IMG/VR virus record: IMGVR_UViG_3300028585_000048
Location: 1 to 37,698 of that record
Source: a virus
Taxonomy: Duplodnaviria > Caudoviricetes
DNA length: 37,698 nucleotides
Direction: 5' to 3' (one strand)
The notes beneath the pieces are model-generated. The model had not been told where the DNA came from. It made no database searches and worked only from the letters and a program-made list of their open reading frames with translations. The position numbers and the translations under genes are program-made. Each line of letters starts with the position of its first letter. Position 1 is the first letter of the stretch. Shown here in pieces: positions 35,150 to 37,698 of the stretch.

Positions 35150-36805
35150 CTAGTTGCTCCCTTTTTCGTCTGACCCTAGCAGGGCATCATAGGCCGTCAT
35201 TTCATCCGGGCTTAGAGTCCAGCCGCCCTCAAGAAGGGTGCCCTCCGCGTCGAACGTCCAAGCTGAGTATGCGTCCGGCTCCACGCGGAAGGTGCCGACT
35301 TCTGTAATGACGATGCGCTGTATCAGCCGACGCAGGCTCATGTTGACCCGCCCTCGTGCATAAATGCGAACCTCGTCATCTTCGCTGGTCAATTCGGTCC
35401 TCAGTCTCTCGACAAGAGTAACGTCCTCGTCACCGGCCGGTTTGGCGGTTTCGATCGCGAGGGCCTTTTGAGCCTCTGCAATATCAAGTGACAGGCGTTC
35501 AACTTCGGCCTCAACGGCTGCCACGCGCTGGATGATCGCTTTGGACCCGCCATCAGCAAGGGCGTCAATGAGGTTGTTGAGTTTGCTCTGTTCAGCTTCC
35601 TGCACACGGGCCATTTCTGCGATCTGTTCGCGCAGCTTGGCCGCCTGTGCGTTTGCGTCAGGCTTCCGCACGAGTTGCGGGAGCATCTCCTGCAGGATGG
35701 TCGCCTCAACAACATCGTAATTTATAATTGTGGCGTTATCGCAGTTATGCTTGCGGCGTGCACGATCGCAGCGCAGCTTGCGGTAAGTCTTGCGCCGGTA
35801 GTTGACGACTTCGCCGCTGACCTTTGTGTATTTCTGCACGGCATCCGTGGTGTGGCCGAAGTGAGCGCCGCCGCCACACTTTTCGCAGACGATCATCTGA
35901 CTGAGCAAGTTGCGGTTGCCGAACACCTTAACGTTGGTCTGGTTGCCCTTCCTCATCGACAGCGCCGCTTGTGCCCGGTTCCATTTTTCGGCGGTCACGG
36001 CCTGTGGGTAATAATCCGTGGAGAGCGTGGTGCCGTCGCTGGTCACGTATTCACCCAGCACTGCGCGCTTGGTCAGGAGCCGGTAGATGTTGCTGTAAAA
36101 CCAGCCGTTGTTTCCGCGCTCCTGCTCCGCTGGCGTCCAACTTGGCACGTTGCGTTCGTGCAGGAACGTCACGATGCGGTGGATGCCCATACCGTCGATG
36201 TAGAGATCGAAAATCTGGTTAAGCACCGCGGTGCGGTCGGGGTTGAGAACGAAGCCGTCCTCTGTGTGGTCGATCCAGTTGGGTGTGTTGGGCATCGGTC
36301 CCTTGTGGGTGCCGTCCGCGATCTGCTTGAACCGCTTCTTCCATGTGTCACGGGTGCGCTTGCTTTTGTTGGCGCTTTCCTGGTGGCTCTGCTGCGCACC
36401 AATTATTAGTTTGAATACGTCGAGTAGGTCGCCATTGTCGTCGGCCTGGTAGGTCGTGCCGTCATGGTAGGTTGCTACATCGACACCGTATTCATTCAGC
36501 CCCCAAATCAACTGAGCAGCGGCTTTGGCACCTTGGCGGCTCAGGCGGTCGATGTTCTCGACGACCAGCACTTTGCCTCGGTGCAGGCCGTTACGGGCTT
36601 CCAACTCGAATTCGTGCAGGGCGGACCCCTCCAGTCGGTTCGCGCCGTGGAAAGCACTGCGGCCCTCATCGGTAATCGTCTTCTCGACCGACCAACCCTT
36701 GTCCGTCGCGAACTGGCGACCGTGCGTGTGTTGCCGTTCTAGCGAGTAGCCCTTGCTTTGCTCGGCGCTTGAGAAGCGGGCGTAGATAATGGCGTTCTGA
36801 GACAT
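35150..36805 (-). CDS. Large serine recombinase (integrase)
   Basis: IIYARFSS catalytic motif, IDRLSR, recombinase domain, CEKCGG zinc ribbon and coiled coil. Confidence 0.95.
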   Translation of the reverse strand: MSQNAIIYARFSSAEQSKGYSLERQHTHGRQFATDKGWSVEKTITDEGRSAFHGANRLEGSALHEFELEARNGLHRGKVLVVENIDRLSRQGAKAAAQLIWGLNEYGVDVATYHDGTTYQADDNGDLLDVFKLIIGAQQSHQESANKSKRTRDTWKKRFKQIADGTHKGPMPNTPNWIDHTEDGFVLNPDRTAVLNQIFDLYIDGMGIHRIVTFLHERNVPSWTPAEQERGNNGWFYSNIYRLLTKRAVLGEYVTSDGTTLSTDYYPQAVTAEKWNRAQAALSMRKGNQTNVKVFGNRNLLSQMIVCEKCGGGAHFGHTTDAVQKYTKVSGEVVNYRRKTYRKLRCDRARRKHNCDNATIINYDVVEATILQEMLPQLVRKPDANAQAAKLREQIAEMARVQEAEQSKLNNLIDALADGGSKAIIQRVAAVEAEVERLSLDIAEAQKALAIETAKPAGDEDVTLVERLRTELTSEDDEVRIYARGRVNMSLRRLIQRIVITEVGTFRVEPDAYSAWTFDAEGTLLEGGWTLSPDEMTAYDALLGSDEKGSN

Positions 36806-36839
36806 AGGCGCACCATAGCTAAGTGGGTGTTGTCTTTTT

Positions 36840-36880
36840 GTTTACGTGCCTTGCGGGATGCGTCCAGCTGATCGCCGCGA
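36840..36880. other. Prophage-host att junction (approximate)
   Basis: ComM-like residues VQLIAAMNPC begin at 36862, ~55 bp from the integrase start; upstream sequence is not ComM-like. Confidence 0.7.
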
Positions 36881-37362
36881 TGAACCCGTGCCGATGCGGA
36901 CATCTGGGGGATGCGAGCCTCGCCTGCGCACGCGCGCCGCGTTGCGCTGCGGATTATCAGGCCAAGGTGTCGGGGCCGCTGCTCGACCGGATCGACCTGC
37001 ACGTCGAGGTGAGGGCGGTGACGGCGGCGGACTTGGTGATGCTGCCCGCGGGGGAAGGGTCGGCAGTGGTCGGAGCGCGTGTCGCCGCGGCGCGCGCGGT
37101 TCAGGTCGAGCGCTATCGGGATCATCCCGTGCGGACCAATGCCGAGGCGGATGGCCCCGTCCTCGATGCCGTTGCGACGCCCGATGCTGCAGGTCGCAAG
37201 CTGCTCGCGCAGGCGGCCGAGGCGATGCGGCTGACCGCGCGCGGCTATACGCGGATTCTCCGCGTCGGCCGGACGATCGCCGATCTCGCCGCCGCGCCCG
37301 AGGTGACACGGATCCATATCGCCGAGGCGCTGAGCTATCGTCGCAAGCCCCCCGTCAACTGA
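36862..37362 (+). pseudogene. comM: 3' half of comM/YifB Mg-chelatase-like AAA+ ATPase, split by the prophage
   Basis: QLIAAMNPCRCG, SGPLLDRIDL, LTARGYTRILRVGRTIADL and HIAEALSYR motifs; N-terminal part absent. Confidence 0.92.
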
Positions 37363-37514
37363 TCCGGGACTGCAGCGCGGGCGCACAAGCCTGGGCCATC
37401 GCCAAGACGGTTTATTAATCCATGCAATATACATGAGTTGCATTCACAGAGTGCGGGACGTGGTCGCGCCGTTTCTCATGACCGTATTTCGCCGACGTGC
37501 GCCTGGAATTGACG

Positions 37515-37698
37515 ATGAGCTTCATGGACCGTGTCCCCCTCGTCGCCGTCGGGCGGAATGCGCAGAACGCTGCAGGCGGTACGCAGCGTTGCGGCGCCTG
37601 CCGGAGCGGAGGCGGGGTGCCCTTCGGCTTCACGATGGCGTTTCAGCCAATCATCGACATCCTGACCGGCAAGATCTGTGCGTATGAGGCGCTGGTTC
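37515..37698 (+). CDS. EAL-domain protein, 5' part (runs off the window)
   Basis: Hand translation gives ...CGAC...FGFTMAFQPIIDILTGKICAYEALV. Confidence 0.82.
   Translation, partial: MSFMDRVPLVAVGRNAQNAAGGTQRCGACRSGGGVPFGFTMAFQPIIDILTGKICAYEALV

Larger units (their letters stand above)
1..36860. mobile_element. HK97-like siphovirus prophage integrated in comM (left end lies outside the window)
   Basis: Complete terminase-portal-protease-capsid-tail gene order, a large serine recombinase at the right end, and an abrupt switch to a 5'-truncated comM at ~36860. Confidence 0.93.

Noticed and set aside
36823-36861. GTG-started N-terminal extension that might rescue comM
   Set aside because: No SD, and it would lack the N-terminal domain and Walker motifs, so it is unlikely to be functional.
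1-37698. CRISPR array, tRNA/rRNA, IS elements, reverse transcriptase or DGR
   Set aside because: No regularly spaced repeats, RNA gene signatures, transposase or RT motifs seen by eye; not computationally excluded.

Overview
Almost the whole window (1 to ~36860) is the right-hand part of an HK97-like siphovirus prophage in a high-GC alphaproteobacterium, probably a sphingomonad. It is integrated by a large serine recombinase into the host comM (YifB-family AAA+) gene. The comM 3' half and the start of an EAL-domain gene follow the junction. The minus strand carries a complete head-tail module: HNH, TerS, TerL, portal, protease, capsid, connectors, tail tube, frameshifted chaperones, tape measure, tail tip, J-like fibre, beta-helix spike and holin-like genes, plus a second collagen-type fibre module at the far left. 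Accessory genes repeatedly interrupt it: an outer-membrane beta-barrel, a SIR2-like protein, a wHTH plus wHTH-HEPN pair and MucR. The most striking unannotated signal is the hexamer TAAGTA, found 12 times on the minus strand and always in front of a gene. Seven copies sit exactly 4 nt before a start codon that has no Shine-Dalgarno sequence, which suggests a T4-late-like promoter making leaderless mRNAs. The element also encodes an orphan TGT/DpdA-like transglycosylase behind a possible clamp-fold protein, and two RNA-switch-like leaders in front of HNH/NUMOD3 genes. All product calls come from motif recognition by eye; no searches were run.
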